From: an uncultured archaeon
GTDB lineage: Archaea > Thermoplasmatota > Penumbrarchaeia > JASLWR01
Assembly: GCA_964342815.1 (NCBI GenBank)
Contig: CAYFHS010000014.1
Coordinates: forward strand, 1 to 56,131
DNA: 56,131 bases
Reading direction: 5' to 3'
A model generated the notes under the pieces. The model was not told where the DNA came from. It ran no database searches and was given only the letters and a program-made list of their open reading frames with translations. The translations under genes were made by a program, and so were the position numbers. Positions 55,766-56,131 of this stretch are shown here, one piece after another; the first letter of the stretch is position 1; each line of letters opens with the position of its first letter.

Positions 55766-56131
55766 GACAAATGTTCGCTATAACCTCTGACAAATGTTCC
55801 TTATGGCCACTGACAAATGTTCCTTATGGCTACCAAATGTTCGCTATAACCTCTGACAAATGTTCCCTATAGCCACTGACAAATGTTCCTTATGGCCACT
55901 GACAAATGTTCCTTATGGCCACTGACAAATGTTCCTTATGGCCACCAAATGTTCCTTATGGCCACCAAATGTTCGTTATAACCTCTGACAAATGTTCCCT
56001 ATAGCCACTGACAAATGTTCCTTATGGCCACTGACAAATGTTCGCTATAACCTCTGACAAATGTTCGCTATAACTTCTGACAAATGTTCGCTATAACCAC
56101 TGACAAATGTTCGCTATAACCACTGACAAAT
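55766..56131. repeat. Intergenic mosaic tandem array: 16 full units plus one partial (23-bp period, three 20-bp steps) around a CAAATGTT core; runs off the window end
   Basis: Cores at 55768, 55791, 55814, 55834, 55857, 55880, 55903, 55926, 55946, 55966, 55989, 56012, 56035, 56058, 56081, 56104 and 56127. Confidence 0.95.

Noticed and set aside
55766-56131. CRISPR array or mini-CRISPR
   Set aside because: The variable parts are only 12-15 bp and recur many times; the constant part is about 8-10 bp.

Overview
This is an archaeal chromosomal window. The archaeal signal comes from a homodimeric-type GlyRS, a GPN-loop GTPase, Sec61beta, two archaellins, IorAB and a PGF-CTERM protein. A Thermoplasmata-like lineage is my inference, not a tested result. 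About 42 CDS are supportable. Most are housekeeping or metabolic: a xanthine-dehydrogenase-family trio, glyS, isoaspartyl peptidase, a nucleoside-salvage operon, iorAB, MazG, TldD/PmbA, NnrE-NnrD and RNase Z. Several large membrane-anchored surface proteins are also present. I saw no rRNA, tRNA, CRISPR array, integrase, transposase or reverse transcriptase by eye. The main candidates for something new are: (1) ino1 clustered with three ATP-grasp proteins carrying ITPK1-like inositol-phosphate-kinase motifs, a possible lipid-independent inositol-polyphosphate pathway; (2) a 131-nt, almost fully base-paired intergenic element inside the nucleoside-salvage cluster; (3) two intergenic 23-bp tandem arrays about 21 kb apart that share a GACAAATGT core; (4) an orphan phage-tail/CIS hub-like gene followed by a long helical protein; (5) a Zn-ribbon and a C-terminal LDxMLxxLLxGL motif shared by a surface protein tail and the adjacent TPR protein; (6) a PfkB kinase/pseudokinase pair; (7) a ~955-bp flaB duplication that carried along a pfkB 3' remnant. 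All functional calls come from reading motifs by eye; no searches were run.
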